Shown in pieces: positions 12,236 to 24,893 of a DNA stretch of 64,000 bases. A model generated the notes under the pieces. The model was not told the DNA's origin. It did no database searches and saw only the letters and a program-made list of their open reading frames with translations. Positions within the stretch are counted from its first letter, which is position 1; each line of letters opens with the position of its first letter. A program made the translations under genes and the position numbers. The DNA is from Vicugna vicugna (lineage: Eukaryota), in contig MU057947.1 of assembly GCA_013265495.1 (NCBI GenBank), forward strand, positions 1,573,070-1,637,069, read 5' to 3'.

Positions 12236-15200
12236 TACGGCCGTGGACTGCTTCAGATGGGTCTTCACGGCGTGGCCGGACTCCTGTCTGTCCATGAGGT
12301 CGGGACAGATCCAAACTGGCCTTTCGGAGCTCTTCTGGGGCGTGGAGGGGTGCTCCCCTCCCTTACAAACCACAATCTGTGGGGACAGAGGCCTCGGGCT
12401 GCCAGCCGCCGTTTGTCCTTCTGTGTGGAGAAAGCCCATCTCTGGCAGAAGTGCTCAGAGACAGCTCAGAAGGAGAAGCAGAGCCCAGGGAGGGAGAAGA
12501 AAAAGGAGGAAGAGAGAGAGGACCACGACACCAGCTGAGCCCCAGGGTCCAGCTGCGGCTGAAGCTGCCCTCGGAATTACAAGTCCCAGGAGGCAATCAG
12601 TTTGCTTCTTGGCTGGGGTTCCATCACTTGCAACTTTTGGGGTACTGGATATTACAGTGTGCCTCACCCTGGGCCGCACCGGAGAGCTAACAGGACCTCA
12701 CCCCCAAAACACCCGAGAAGCACAGAGCTCGGCACAACGCCGGAGCTTGTGTTTAAGGAATGAGAGGCCCTTTCCAGCCAGCCCTCTGCCCCCCCAGCAG
12801 GGCACTTGGGGCTTCCTGGGTGCCTGGTCTCTGACCTCCCCCCAGGCACCTGCGCAGCGAGGCCGGCGCGGAACCAGCTGCGCAGACTCCGAGGCTGCTG
12901 GACCTCGCCCTCCCCCTCCCCCGCCTCTGTCTTGTCACATGACCCCGACTGGTTTGGATGGCACCACGCCCAGCCTGGAGGGCCAGTCAGGACCCGTCCA
13001 GCTCAGTGCCACCTCCTGCTGCCTCTTCACCTGAGGTGGCTCTGAGACGACAGGCAGCCCAGCTCTGGGAAATGAGAAGCAGAAGTCTGCGGATTCTTAT
13101 TTTTAATGTATAGACTTAAATTTTGAAATAGCTTAAGACCGACCAGCGTCGCCGCAGTCCCACAGTGAGTTCCCGAGTCCCCTTCCCCCAGCCTCCCCCA
13201 GCAGTGGCGTCTCGCACAGTCCTGGTGCCTTGGCAGAAGCGGGAACTGGCACTGGTGCCATTCAGTTGACACAAATACAGTCTCTGTTTGGACTCGTCAG
13301 TTATCCACGGACTCGCTCTTGTTTTCAGTCTTTGCCATCTGGTCCTATGGAAACTTACTCACGCACAGATTCGCGCCTCCCTCGGTACCACCCAGAGGTA
13401 GGGCCGTCCCTGACAGATGCCCACCCTGGTCAATGAGGCACTTGGTACACGTGGATAAGTCATCACCTTTCAGTCCAAAAGTCCGTGTTCATAAGCCCAA
13501 CAGAGAACGGAGGAAGCGTCTTTCATGCCTGTCCCAGCAGAGCCCAGCTGAGGGTGAGTCGGCCCCAGCCCGGGTGGTGGCCGTGTTCCGCTGGTCTGCG
13601 TTTGCCTGGTTGATGGTGAACAAATAAACAAAGAAGCGCCTGAGGCCATTAATCTGACTCCACCCAACACAGAACGACAGGGGTGCCCAGGGATGGAGGC
13701 CTGGCACAGGACCTGAGTTGTCACATGGGGCACAGTGTCCCCAGCTGGGCTACAGGGACAAACCAGAGAGCCAGGGCCATCACTGGCCAGTGCTCCTCTG
13801 AGCGCGGCTGAATCCCACTGTGTCCCACTGGGCTCTGCAGTAAAGTCCCCGGCTTGAGTTTCTCATCAGCTCTTCTCGGGACCAGGACTGTGACAAACCC
13901 TGGGGCACTCTGAGGTCCTACCAGCTGCAAAGCCCATCAAACCATGCAGGCTTTCCAGAGAGGCTCCTGCAGGAATCCCCCCTACATCTTTTATGAGCAC
14001 ATTCATAATGGATTTTGAGAGGATGCAGCGAGAGCGCTGTCTTTGTAAAGCAGGCTGCAGCTCCCGAGTTCACTGCGTGGTTAATTGTGGCTAACAGGAA
14101 AACAGTGGACATATGCCAGTATTTATGCAAATAGCAAGGCTGCCCGGGGCGTGTGCCCTGGGGACGTCAGCTCGGCATGGCCGTCTTCCAAAGACACAGG
14201 GCCTGCTTTCACAGGGCAATTTAGATTACTTTGCAGATTGGATGGGAATAAATTTTGAATATTAATGCTAATGGTGTCAAAGGTTCATAATCAGAGTCCA
14301 TGGTCCTAATTTTAGACCCAGGAGTGTGTCTGTGAGAGAATGGGTTGAGAGTGTCTACGGCCATCGTGGGGTCAGACTGGCTGATAGCTCCACCGTTCTG
14401 GCACCAGGAGAACTTGTTCTGAGCACTGAGATGTGAGGGTCTCAAATGCTTAAGATGCTGTCTAAGAAATCCTCAGACACCCAGATTTTGTAATATCTGC
14501 ATAGTTGCTGCCCGGGTCTGGTTCCCCAGAAGCAGCACTGGAGATGAGCATGCATGTTAAACTGATGCGTTGCCGGGGTGGCCCTCGAGATGGGGTGCAG
14601 GGAAGAGCCAGGAAGCTAAGCAAGAGCTGGTCTTGGCTGGAGGCTGCAGGAAAGCCTGGGGGGACACGCACCTGCCAGCAGTGGGCTCCTGGGGGAGCAC
14701 TGGCAGCGTCCGCCGGAGTCCTCGCCTCACACCGTCCTGTCCACTTGTCCCCGTGTTCCATTCACGCCGTCCGGACACAGCTTCTCCAGGACTCTTGTTT
14801 CAAGGAGGCGACTCACAGTTTCAAGGAGGCGTGTTCAGAACTACAGACCCTGGGGCTGCGCTGGACTTACAGCCATCAGCAGTGCCACGCGGCAGGGTGT
14901 CAGGCGACTTGCCAGACTCCTGCTGGGCTTTCCCAAGACCAGGCGCACCCCTGGGGTCCCACTTCTGTAGGAAGATGCTAAGACTTCTGGGACATGGGGG
15001 TTCTTGGAAAGTGGCCTCGGGCTCCTCCCGTGATTGTGCGACCAGGAAGCTGCCCCCAGGACAGAGATGCTCGCCTTGCAGCCCTCGGGAGTTTTCACAG
15101 CGCAGGTGAGGGACGGACGGGGCGGGCCTGTCCCTGTCCCTGCCTTGTCATCCCCGGGACGCTGCTCCAGGCACAGGGACCAATAAGGCAGCACAAGAGG

Positions 15201-16724
15201 CTCAGGCGCCCCCTCTCCCTCTCCGTCTCCCCCAGCGCCTCATCTCCCCCCTCCCTCTGCCTCTCATCTTGCGGTCGCCATGGCAACACGAGCAGATGTT
15301 TCATCTCTCCCCTTCACTCTACCAGAGCACTTGGTGGGTGCAGCCGAACTTCTTTTGATCACTAGTCTTAATACTATGCTAATTATAGCCACAGAATGGA
15401 GGCCACAGGGTGAGGGGAAGGGAAGCCGCACGTGCGGGGGAGCCCGCTGTGAGCCGGGCCTGCTGGTTGCCGCTGACCCACGATGTCCTCGGGTCCAGCC
15501 CAGTAACTGGGTTCCAGGAAGGCTTTTTGTGTAGCCCCCAGTCCTCCTGACTGATGCGTCTGCCCCCCTCCAGGTGAGCGAGGACCCCCGTGGGGCCTGG
15601 GAGCCGGCCTGAGTCCAGATAAGGCCCGGGCCGGGGCGTGCGGAAGGCGACAGGGTCTCCCAAAGCCTGGTTAAGGCTCCTTCCAGCCCAGATCTCACTA
15701 CTGGCCTACATCGAGCTCCGCTGTGGGGACCTCCAGGGTGAGGGGATGGGCCACCTCGCGCTTCCTTCGGCGTCTCCTTAGAGGGAGAGGGAGACAGAAG
15801 GGGGGGAAGAGGAGGGAAGGAGGAGGTGGCGGGGGAGGAGAGAGAGGGGAGCCCTTGTTTGACTTTTCCACCTTTAAGCATCTTGGTTGGGCATCCTCGG
15901 GGTACAGCTAATACATGAAAACGTTCTCCCCTAGAAAAATACTGCAAAACAGCAATTAACTGAGAGGGTCAGGCACAACTCACACCTTAACACGTGACTA
16001 GAAAAATTAAGCAAATTTTCTATTTTTTTTTAAAGAAGTATACAGTGGTGTCCTCTGTCTGCCTGGCAGGTGCAGGTTCACCCTGGAGGCAAACAGTGAC
16101 CAAAAAAGATGCGTTTCCCCAGCGCTTCCTCCACCTTCATGTTACCTAAATTCCAGCAGAGAGACGGAACTTAATCATGAAGTGTTCGTTAAACAAAGCA
16201 GTAATCCCATAAAATGACTCAGATGAACATGGATTTGCTGTAACTTTTTTTTTGCCTATTCATTTTTTTTCATGTTAAACACCAGATCAGTGAGATTGGT
16301 TATAAGGTGCCATGAAACTCAGATAAATCTGCAGTTTTTCCTGCTTGCTTCAGGCCCATCTCAGCCTGGTTACATGCCTGAAAGAATCGCGTTTGACTCT
16401 GGAGGCCTTAAAGTGGAAAATCGACGCTCAGCAGAGGCTTTCCTCGGGGGCCGGGGAGAGGGGTTACCTGGTGGGACACACGACACAGTCTCGCCCCAGC
16501 CCCTCACACCAGGACCTCCCCTACAGCCCCGCCTGGCATGGCCGGTACCCCCAGAGCCCCTTTCCGGAGAGACTTGGCTCAGAACATTCCCGCTCACTCG
16601 CTTCTCTCCCAGTTGCTCCCCTTTCCGACCACCCCCCCCACCAGGAACCTGAAGACAAGAATTCAGCCGCTGTCATAACCACAGTGGGCCGTCCTTCTGG
16701 TTCTGAGAATTTCGTGAGGGAAGA

Positions 16725-16809
16725 GAATTTAGAACTTAGGATTTAGGATTTAATTTAGAATTTAATAAATTAAATTAAATTAAATTAAGTTTAAAATTTA
16801 GGATTTAGA
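16725..16809. repeat. AT-rich low-complexity island: (ATTTAGG/ATTTAGA)-like units flanking (TAAAT)n
   Basis: gaatttagaacttaggatttaggatttaatttagaatttaataaattaaattaaattaaattaagtttaaaatttaggatttaga. Confidence 0.8.
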
Positions 16810-17509
16810 CTCCAGGAGCTCAGCTCTTAGGATCACTCTTCCTGGTTGTTGCACCTGAGGGGGCGCAGCTTGGTGACGTGGGCTTCCAGGGTGGCCCCAT
16901 GGGTGGATGCCGTGTGCCCGGTGCCCCTGAGGCCCCATCGCCCCGATCAGGGGCAGGAGGCCGCACCAAGGGTGCTGTCCCCACGCCCTGGACACCCGGT
17001 CTGACCGTTCCCAGGCACAAGCATCCTTGTCCACACGAAGTCCCCCCTTTTCTGGCTGAGCCGGGGCCCGGGGAGGGTCCTAGAGGAGTGGGGACTGGGG
17101 TGAAGGAGAGCTGACCAGAGGCATGGGGGGAGCAAGGGGAGAGTGTAGGATGAGGGACATGGAGGAAGGAAGCCACAGGAACAAAGGAGGGTGGGGCGCT
17201 GACCGTGGTCGAGGGGGGCCGGGAGCCGTGGGGCCGGTGGAAAGGCACAGAGCAGGTCCCGCTGCCCGTCGCCAGCTCTCCTGGGGGGCTTACCTGGAGG
17301 AGATGCCGGCTGGGAGGGATGAGGCAGGCCCGGAGGGCGGGGGCCTCTGAAGCCCCGTGGATGAGAAGGAGCAGAGATAGGTCCAGAGGCAGGAGAGCCG
17401 GCAGGTTTGAGGTCAGGACAGAGACGGGTCTCTTGGACGGAGCCCCAGCAAACCACCAAGTCCCCAGGTCCCCAGCTTGCTCCTCTCACCCCACAGCCCT
17501 GGGGCGGAC

Positions 17510-19050
17510 TGTGTCGAGGGGGTCGCATGTTCACATAGTTTTACTAAATTTGTAAAATCTCTGCCACTCTCCCCCTCATGTGTGCGGCGATCGGTCAGGT
17601 GTAGATATTTTTAGGACCCAACTAAGGGAGAGTTAAGTTTAATGAGGCGAATTTATGGGTTTACAGTTAGCTCCTGTCCCGGTGCAGGGGTGGCTTTGAG
17701 GAAGCATGCCCGACTCACTATGACGACTTTCAGGTAAGGGGACATCAAGGTGCAGGGCCAGGGGTCCAGGCAATGTGAACGCCCGCACTGGGAGAATATG
17801 GTTAGTGAAGGAGGAAAAAAGTGGGAAACCTATGGAGCCAGAAGCTGGTGTGGGGGAGACATTCCCAGCCGTCACGTGGGTAAAATTCTAAGAAGAGAAT
17901 CAACTTTCATAAACAAATATCTAGACAAAGGGAAGTTTCTCTGGTCCGGTTACCCTCAGATGCCCAAGCACGTACAATTAAAAATGCGTCCTGCACAGAA
18001 GTGGTGCGGGGGCATGCTCCCCCTGGGCGAGCTGACGGAGAGGTAGACTGTGCTATCTCAGAGCATGTGGACTGTATGTTCCACTTCATGCAGTTTCGAT
18101 GAAAATAATTACAGATGTAGCAGATACACACATGCATGTACACAGAGATATATGCACACATATATACTATACAGAGAGAATAATCACGTACGTAGCAGGT
18201 GTGCACACACGTCACATGTGCTGTGGTTTCTTTGTCATTATACAGGTGCATTTTGTACCTATCTCATATTTGTGATTTCATTGTCTTTCCTACATATAAT
18301 CCTTTCGTACATATATGTTGACGGAAACTACATGGAACACAGTTTATCAGAATTCCTCCTCCGCAGCACAGTTAGCAGGACTAGAAGCTGCAGGCGCGCG
18401 GCCTCATTGCTGACCCACGTTGCTGCTCTCGCGCGCTCACACACGCCCACTGAGACGCTATTTACATTCTCTGCTCAGTTGACAGGAAGTGTTCACGTCA
18501 AAGAAGATAACATGAAACTCACACCGCGTGAGACCGCCAATGGCAGACCGGTTAACCAGCGCTGACAACTCAGGGAGGGCTTGAGATCAGCGGCTGCGTG
18601 GGGCGTCCAGGTGCCCTTAAGGCTTATGGTTCACACGTGAGAGAAACCTAACAAGATTTTCCCAAATGTGGCACCAGTCCTAAGACGTACGTGACGTTCC
18701 CGAGAAGCTGGGAAGCTGAAAGAGATTGTCTCAACTATCAATTAGGAAAGGAAGAAAAAAGGGTTGATCTACCATGCTAGAGGAAAGACCGGTTCCTTTT
18801 TCTATTCTACACAGAAAATATTTTGCAAAAGCTTGTTAAATTTAGAGTCCACAGCCAAAAATGTAGTAAAAATAAAGAGGCTTCCGTGGACGTCAGGCAG
18901 CTGCTACACACAGGAAGGATTTTGCTTGCGGGGGAGGGGAGTCGTCTGCTATTTCTGGCCTTCGCCATTATTTTCAGTTTGTACTTTGTGGTGGTTCCTT
19001 TGCCGTCTTTCATGTGTGTTTTTCTCTCTCTCTCGTATTTGTAATTTCAT
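17510..19050 (+). mobile_element. Fossil hAT-Tip100 DNA transposon (Zaphod-like), interrupted at ~17995-18315
   Basis: Decayed hAT dimerisation-domain remnants FPN (18659-), EAER (18712-18723) and STMLEER (18768-18788). Upstream blocks aaggtgcagggcca, ggagccagaagct and tttatcagaattcct resemble the recalled Zaphod consensus. Confidence 0.7.
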
Positions 19051-20010
19051 GGTCTTTCTCAAAGGTTGCTCATTTTCCTCCGCTCCCGCAGTACCTGGCA
19101 GGTGACACAGTGGCCAGGAAAGGACCCTCTCTCCCTAGGGAGTGAAATGGAGGGACCGTGGCTCAGATAAAGGGCTGTGTTGTCGGTCCAACCAGGTAGG
19201 ACAGACCTGAAGACGGGAAAGAAATAAGTGGTGGCCCAGAAGGCCTGGGAAGGACGAGGCCTGCTGGCCCGACGAGGTCCGGCAGGCGCAGAGGGCCAGG
19301 GCGCCAGGGGCGCGTTTCAGCCTCAGGTCTCAGAGGTGAACCCGGCTGCAGGCGCTGCCGCGTGTGGAGGTGACGGAATGGGTGAGGCCGCGGCACCGGG
19401 GCCAGCGTCAGGACGGCTCATTCACGGGACCCAGGTCACGGGACCCAGTGCTGCAGGGGGCGTTGTGACCGAGAGGAACAAGGCTGTGCGAGCTCCCAGG
19501 TCCCCGGGCGGCCGGCGCGCGCGCAGACGGGGAGAGGGGAGCGCCTCTGCAGCGAACACGCGGCTCGGGAGGAAAGCGGCGTTCCGTTGTGCTGGTTGTT
19601 TTGCGGAGGACGGAGCATCAGCTGGAAGTAAAATGAACGCTCTGTGTCCTCCTCTGAGCTAGGAGCAGCAGTTATGGATCATGGGAGATGCTTTCGGTGT
19701 CCGAGTCACAGACTCCCAGCCCCAGGCCAGTGTCAGCAGTGGACCGCGCAGGCGCCCCTCTGAGGGCCGGAGCGCCAGCAGCTCCGGACCTGGCCCCGAG
19801 CTCCCGGGGCGTCCTTGGGGACTGGCCCAGGGCTGCCGAGGACAGGGGGGCAGGGGCCTCAGCACAGGAGGGGACGCTCGGCAGTTCACCCTGCAGGTGA
19901 AGCCCAGCCCACTGGGGGTTTTCAGCACATACACAGGGACCAGCACTTGAGGTCTGGCCCCATTCCTGGGAACAGATCAAAATCCAAAGAAGCCTCCTAC
20001 ACACGCGCTG

Positions 20011-20210
20011 TGGGTACTGTGGTGGCGCTGTGGACACTGTGGCGGCGTTGTGGACACTGTGGCGGCACTGTGGCCATTGTGGCGGTGCTGTGGACATTGT
20101 AGTGGTGCTGTGGACACTGTGGTGGTGCTGTGGACACTGTGGTGGCGTTGTGGACACTGTGGTGGCACTGTGGCCATTGTGGCGGTGCTGCAGATGTTGT
20201 GGCGGTACTG
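20011..20210. repeat. Minisatellite, 10 x 20 bp, consensus TGGACACTGTGGYGGYRYTG
   Basis: Exact 20-bp register without indels across 200 bp. Confidence 0.95.
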
Positions 20211-20764
20211 GCTATAATGCCCATCAGTCAATATACAACTGAGGCTACAGTAGCTGTTTTCATGGCTCCCTGCCTTCCTTTGCTCGAAAGTAGAAACAGA
20301 CTGCTGCTTTACAGAAAGGTAGGACCCCTCGACATTAAAGGGTACATTCTCCTCTCTAAGAGTTTGCTTTTAATCTGCTCTATTAGAAAAAACTGCCTCT
20401 TTGCTCGGTGAACTAATGGAGAATTTCTGCCCACCCGATCCCCGTGGGCACAGTCCTGTGTAATCTTTTTAGCGTCACAAAAACAGGGTAATGAGCCAGC
20501 CCCTCCCCCTGGCTGCACCCCGCAGAGTTAATCTGCCTGCTGTCAACCAGAGGGGCACACCTCAGTGGGCCCAGCAGGATGCGGGGGAATGAGGTTTGGG
20601 ACCAATGACAGTATTTCTCAGTTCGTCATCTCTTGTGCTTGGATGACTCAGTTTAATGAGCCCCATATGTGTGCTGCCCTGTGCCATCTGGGTGCCTGGT
20701 CTCCCCTCTCCAGGCCCTTCCTCTGGTTCTCCCAAACCCTCTCCTTGTCTGAGTCTTCAAAGCA

Positions 20765-21125
20765 GAGCTTTACTGAGCAATAGAAATTGAACACAATAGA
20801 AGCATGTTACAGTACAATGCAACTGTATTTTCAATGCAGTGATCCAAGCCACAAATATCACTTTTTAACATTTTCTAACAGCCACATGTTTAAAAAAATG
20901 AAAAAAGATGAAACCTATTTCAATAATATCTTATTTAATCCAGTATATCAACATTATCATTAAAACATGTAATAGATGTAAAAATTATTAGTGAAATGCT
21001 TCCCATTTTTAATACCAAGTCTTTGAACTCTAGCCTGCATTTCAAACCTATAACCCATCTCAGTCTTGCCCGGCCTCATTTCAAGGGCTCAGCAGCCTCC
21101 CAGGTCTACGGCGTCACTTTGCCAT
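20765..21125. mobile_element. MER33/MER3-like hAT-Charlie MITE
   Basis: AT-rich block with ttttctaacagccacat, aataatatcttatttaatccagtatatc, taataccaagtctttgaa, catttcaagggctcagcagcc. Confidence 0.7.
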
Positions 21126-21169
21126 AACCCTTTGCTCAAGAACTTCATGACTTATTATTGCTTTCCCAG

Positions 21170-21270
21170 GGTTCAGACTGTGGGTTTTAGAGTCAGACCA
21201 CCTGGGATAAATCCTGTTGCACCTGCTCTTGGTGACTTGGGGAAGTTCTTTCACATCTCCAAGGTGTGGT
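21170..21270 (+). mobile_element. MIR remnant
   Basis: ttttagagtcagaccacctgggataaatcctg...gtgacttggggaagttc core-like motif. Confidence 0.5.
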
Positions 21271-21760
21271 TGCCTTACCCACAGAAGTACCAGCACACTA
21301 GGATGTGGTTGGCAGACCTGGTGTGCCATTGCGCTCATCTCATAGGAAGAGCTGAGTCTGTGCTCCCCAAACCCACTGGCAAGACAGTGGGGCTGCTCTC
21401 CTGCACCAGCCGTGGTTTGTGGACCCGTCTGAGGGTGGAGGCTCCAGGACAGAGACCCTCCCCAGAGACATCATCCCGACCCCACCCTGACAACCCCTCC
21501 TGCTCTGCTGATCCCGTCAGCCCAGGCCTTTCCCCTTCTGCATACCTCCCCTCCCCTGACCTTGCTCTCACCATTCTGAACTCCTACAGTTTCTCTTATT
21601 ACCTTCCCATTAATTCACCATGACACTGAATCTGAGCCCCCCTGAAATCACATTCCCCTGCTGAGTTTATGATTAACCTCTCTGTCCAAAATTGTATTCT
21701 TATTCTTGTCCCAGCCCTGTACCCCTCAGGATGGAGAAGTATCAAAGAAAAGGGGGTGAT

Positions 21761-22119
21761 TGAAACCGAGCAAGATTCTGTGGGGTCTTCCTGGGTACAA
21801 AAGCCCCTCCGTGACTCCTATTTCTTGTTTGTAGAAAAAGGCTTTAGTCTCCTAGTCCTTCCCTGACTTCCAAAGAGCAGACTTGAGCAGTTGCTAACTA
21901 AAGAAGTGCAGGAATGCAGAAATAAGGAAAAGCAGTCAAGCAAGAAGAACAATAGTTCAGCAATAAACCAGAGCCCTAGCTCCTCCTCAAGGGATATACA
22001 TAACAATCCGATGCATACTTTTTGAGTACAAGCTGTCTGTTCTCCTTTCTTGGTGCACTGCGATAAATGCTGTACTTTCCTTCACCACAACCTGATGTCA
22101 GGTTTGTGGCAGATTGACA
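21761..22119 (+). mobile_element. ERV1-type solo LTR, internally shortened
   Basis: Starts TGAAACCGAGCAAG. The 5' half is homologous to the LTR at 24894 (shared tcctcaagg(g/a)ataYac, gcagtca, tttcttg). Variant poly(A) signal GATAAA; putative CA end at 22118-22119. Confidence 0.75.
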
Positions 22120-22329
22120 CCTCCTATATGTTCCAAGGATTCTAGTGGATTCCATGTTATTAATTACAAGTCATTGAATGAATGATATACCTAAGGCTTG
22201 GCATAATGGCATTTCTATTTTTTTATTTAGGGAAAGTCTTCTGGACCCAGGACTGTAGCCATAACTGAGCACATTAATCCAAGCGGCCGCATCTCTGGAG
22301 ACAGAGATAGTAGATAGTAGTTAGCGCAA

Positions 22330-23095
22330 TGCTGCAGTGCAGCCCTGGTGATGGAGTTAGTGTAGACCTCATGCGACACAGTCCCCAACTAGCCTGCTCT
22401 CATTTCAAATGCCAACTGCAAGTTCAAGGGTCCCCAGGCCTTCTGTACTTCTAGCCAACTGGCTACAAATTTGAGATTTTCATGACCTTTTCAGTTTCAG
22501 TAATTCACTAGAATGACTCAGAGAACTCCAGAAAGTGCTGTGCTTATGGTTCAGTTTTCTTATAGAAGTTACAAATCAGGGCCAGCCACGTGTAGAATGT
22601 TGGGAAGGACAAAATTTCCTTTGCCCTTCTAGGTTCTTCTGGTCATTCTAATAATTAATTTGACACAAGACAGATTAACAGGAGCAAATCCAACAGAAGT
22701 TTAATAACATGTCCACATGGGAGAGACCCAGGAAAACTGAGCAACACCTCAAAATGGCCAAAGCCCTCACCTTAAATACCATTTTCAGCTAAAGACAAAG
22801 AAAAAATGTTAGACGGAGTTCTTTGGAACGTCAAAGGGGAGGAAGGCAATTGTCATGCAGATGAAAAAACAAGTTTTTATGTGTCCCTTTGTCTCTCCAT
22901 AGCCCAGCAAATATTTGTGTACCAAAGCTTTGCTTTTCCATGAGTCACCTAGTTAGCATGAGCTCTGCTGTGGTCCCAGTGCCTGCTGTGAATGACAAAG
23001 ATGTCTACTCCTATCATTCAGGAAATCCAAAGGGTTTAGAAGTTCCCAGCACCAGCACAAGGCATAAAAGCTAGATGCATTATTTATTATACACA
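22330..23095. mobile_element. MER21-like LTR interrupted by a nested MER34/LTR39-like LTR fragment (~22598-22880)
   Basis: tgtacttctagccaactggctacaaat...ctagaatgactcagagaactc and actcctatcattcaggaaatccaaagggtttagaag flank a block with gacacaagacagattaacaggag. Family names are from recalled consensus. Confidence 0.62.
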
Positions 23096-23562
23096 ATTAG
23101 TTATTCAAAATGCATTGGAAACTGAGTTCTTGTTCACTGCCATTTCTAGTAAATCAAGAATTATTACATGCTTAGTTCTCTCTAAAGTTATGAAATAAAC
23201 ATTTGACATGGACACACACATTTTATATGTATTGTAGAAAGATATATTCCCAGAGTCAACGGGAGAGCAAGGTTCCCATAAGGTACTAGAAAGAGAGAAT
23301 GTTGCACCACTTTATGCAGATGGAAATAGGGCTGGAATTCACATATACATGTGTTTAAAACAAAAATACAACCATTACAATATAGAAAATTCTGTTAATG
23401 GATATACAGTTTTGAACCTAAGGATAAAATTTTTTTTTTCAAATTGTCTAAATTGACCTCTGGGGAGTAAACATCATATTACAGGTAAGTAAGATTGTAG
23501 TCCTATAAATTAGTGGGTAACATGATGAGTCCTGTGGTACTATTTTTATTTCACTGTGACTG

Positions 23563-23780
23563 TGTTGCAGAAAAATAGGGTGCAAGAGGATGGCAATGTG
23601 CCAGGTCCAGGCAAGTCCCTGGGGTGCACCTTGTCAAGTGATGGTCCTTGGGCCCAAGGTCACTGAGAGTTGAATCGTCCACCATCTGGGTTCTAACCAG
23701 TTTCCGTCCTATTCGCAATTGCTGGGTCATTCTTTTAATGGCTGTGCCCTGCCCCCTTCCCTCCTGACCCAACCACAACA
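23563..23780 (-). mobile_element. Internally deleted MER41-like LTR (same family as 26420-26912)
   Basis: Minus strand TG...CA. Its 5' part (ggagggaagggggcagggcacagccattaaaagaatgacccagcaatt) and 3' part (gccatcctcttgcaccctatttt) match both ends of the 26.4-kb LTR. Confidence 0.78.
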
Positions 23781-24893
23781 CAAGAAGTGCAAAGGAGGAC
23801 AGTTCGGGACCTCTGCAGTTCCCCCCATCCTATGTTGGAAATTACTGCAGTTTAGAGTGTTACTTTTCTGTTAGGGTGAAAAGTTGACTTAAATACAAAA
23901 CAAAACAAAACCAACTCCATAACCTAAAGGCATTTGGCAAGGTAGGAAATTTCATACCTTGTGAGCCGTGAAGATTTAACTAACACATGAGATGCCCTTC
24001 TAGGTGCCTCTAGAACCTCCTTTGTTTTGTCCTAAGACTTCTATCAAACCACTTCCAGGACAAAACACTAGTTTCTGTGACACCTTTCCCCTTGATTCAC
24101 AACTTTTACTTTTGAGAGAAAATAAGTTACTATCCTGAGGTGCTGGTTGACTTGGCTCTCATTTTAAAGGAGGCTTTTCTTGGTGCATGAGTATCAGCTA
24201 AAAGAAGAAAACAGGAGCTCTGTGCCAAAGGCCTCCTGGGGCACATACACCTTATTTGGAAGTTTTACAAATTGCAATGTCAAATAATCTCATTAACATA
24301 CGGTTTTGTTCCCAAGCGTGGGATGCAGCTGTGCAGAACTGGGTAAAAACGCCATCCTTGACCGCCCTGTTACAGCCGCAAATCACCCTCACGTCCAGCA
24401 GCTGGAGTGAAAGGAAACGGCCTTGCCGTTGACGTTCTTCTTTGATGTTTTTCTTAATGTAATTGAGGTGAGTAAAGACCGGAAAGCACAGCGAAGAGAA
24501 AGTGTCCATGGAATTTATTTTTGTCCCCGAGTGGGATGGGAGTCAAAGGGCATAGGGCTTTTGGGTAAGACTGTCGGCCATTGAGAGGTTAAGCAGTGAT
24601 TTACTTCTGTGCATCTGCATAAATCCATCGGAGAATATGGATCATTTCAGCGGAGAATTGCTCTTTCTGAAAAGGCTGTAATTTAAACAAAACTCAAATT
24701 GGCCCCAAGGCAAAATCCTTGCCTTGAAACACCTGCCAGGCCGCTCATTTCCTGCCAATAGGAAGAAGCCACATGAAAGTGGGGAGCCCTGAGAAATCCC
24801 GTGTCCCGGAAGGACCTGGGTTTGTGGCTTGGAGTGGAGGGATAACGGTGCATCCGTTCCAGAACTGCTGCCACGTCGTGTGACACACCCAAG

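Noticed and set aside
20011..20210. CRISPR-like array
   Set aside because: Head-to-tail repeats with no unique spacers, in mammalian DNA with no cas genes.
19672..20242. Repetitive Cys/His/Thr-rich ORFs (TTPPQCPQHHHSVHS...)
   Set aside because: Translation artefacts of the 20-bp minisatellite.
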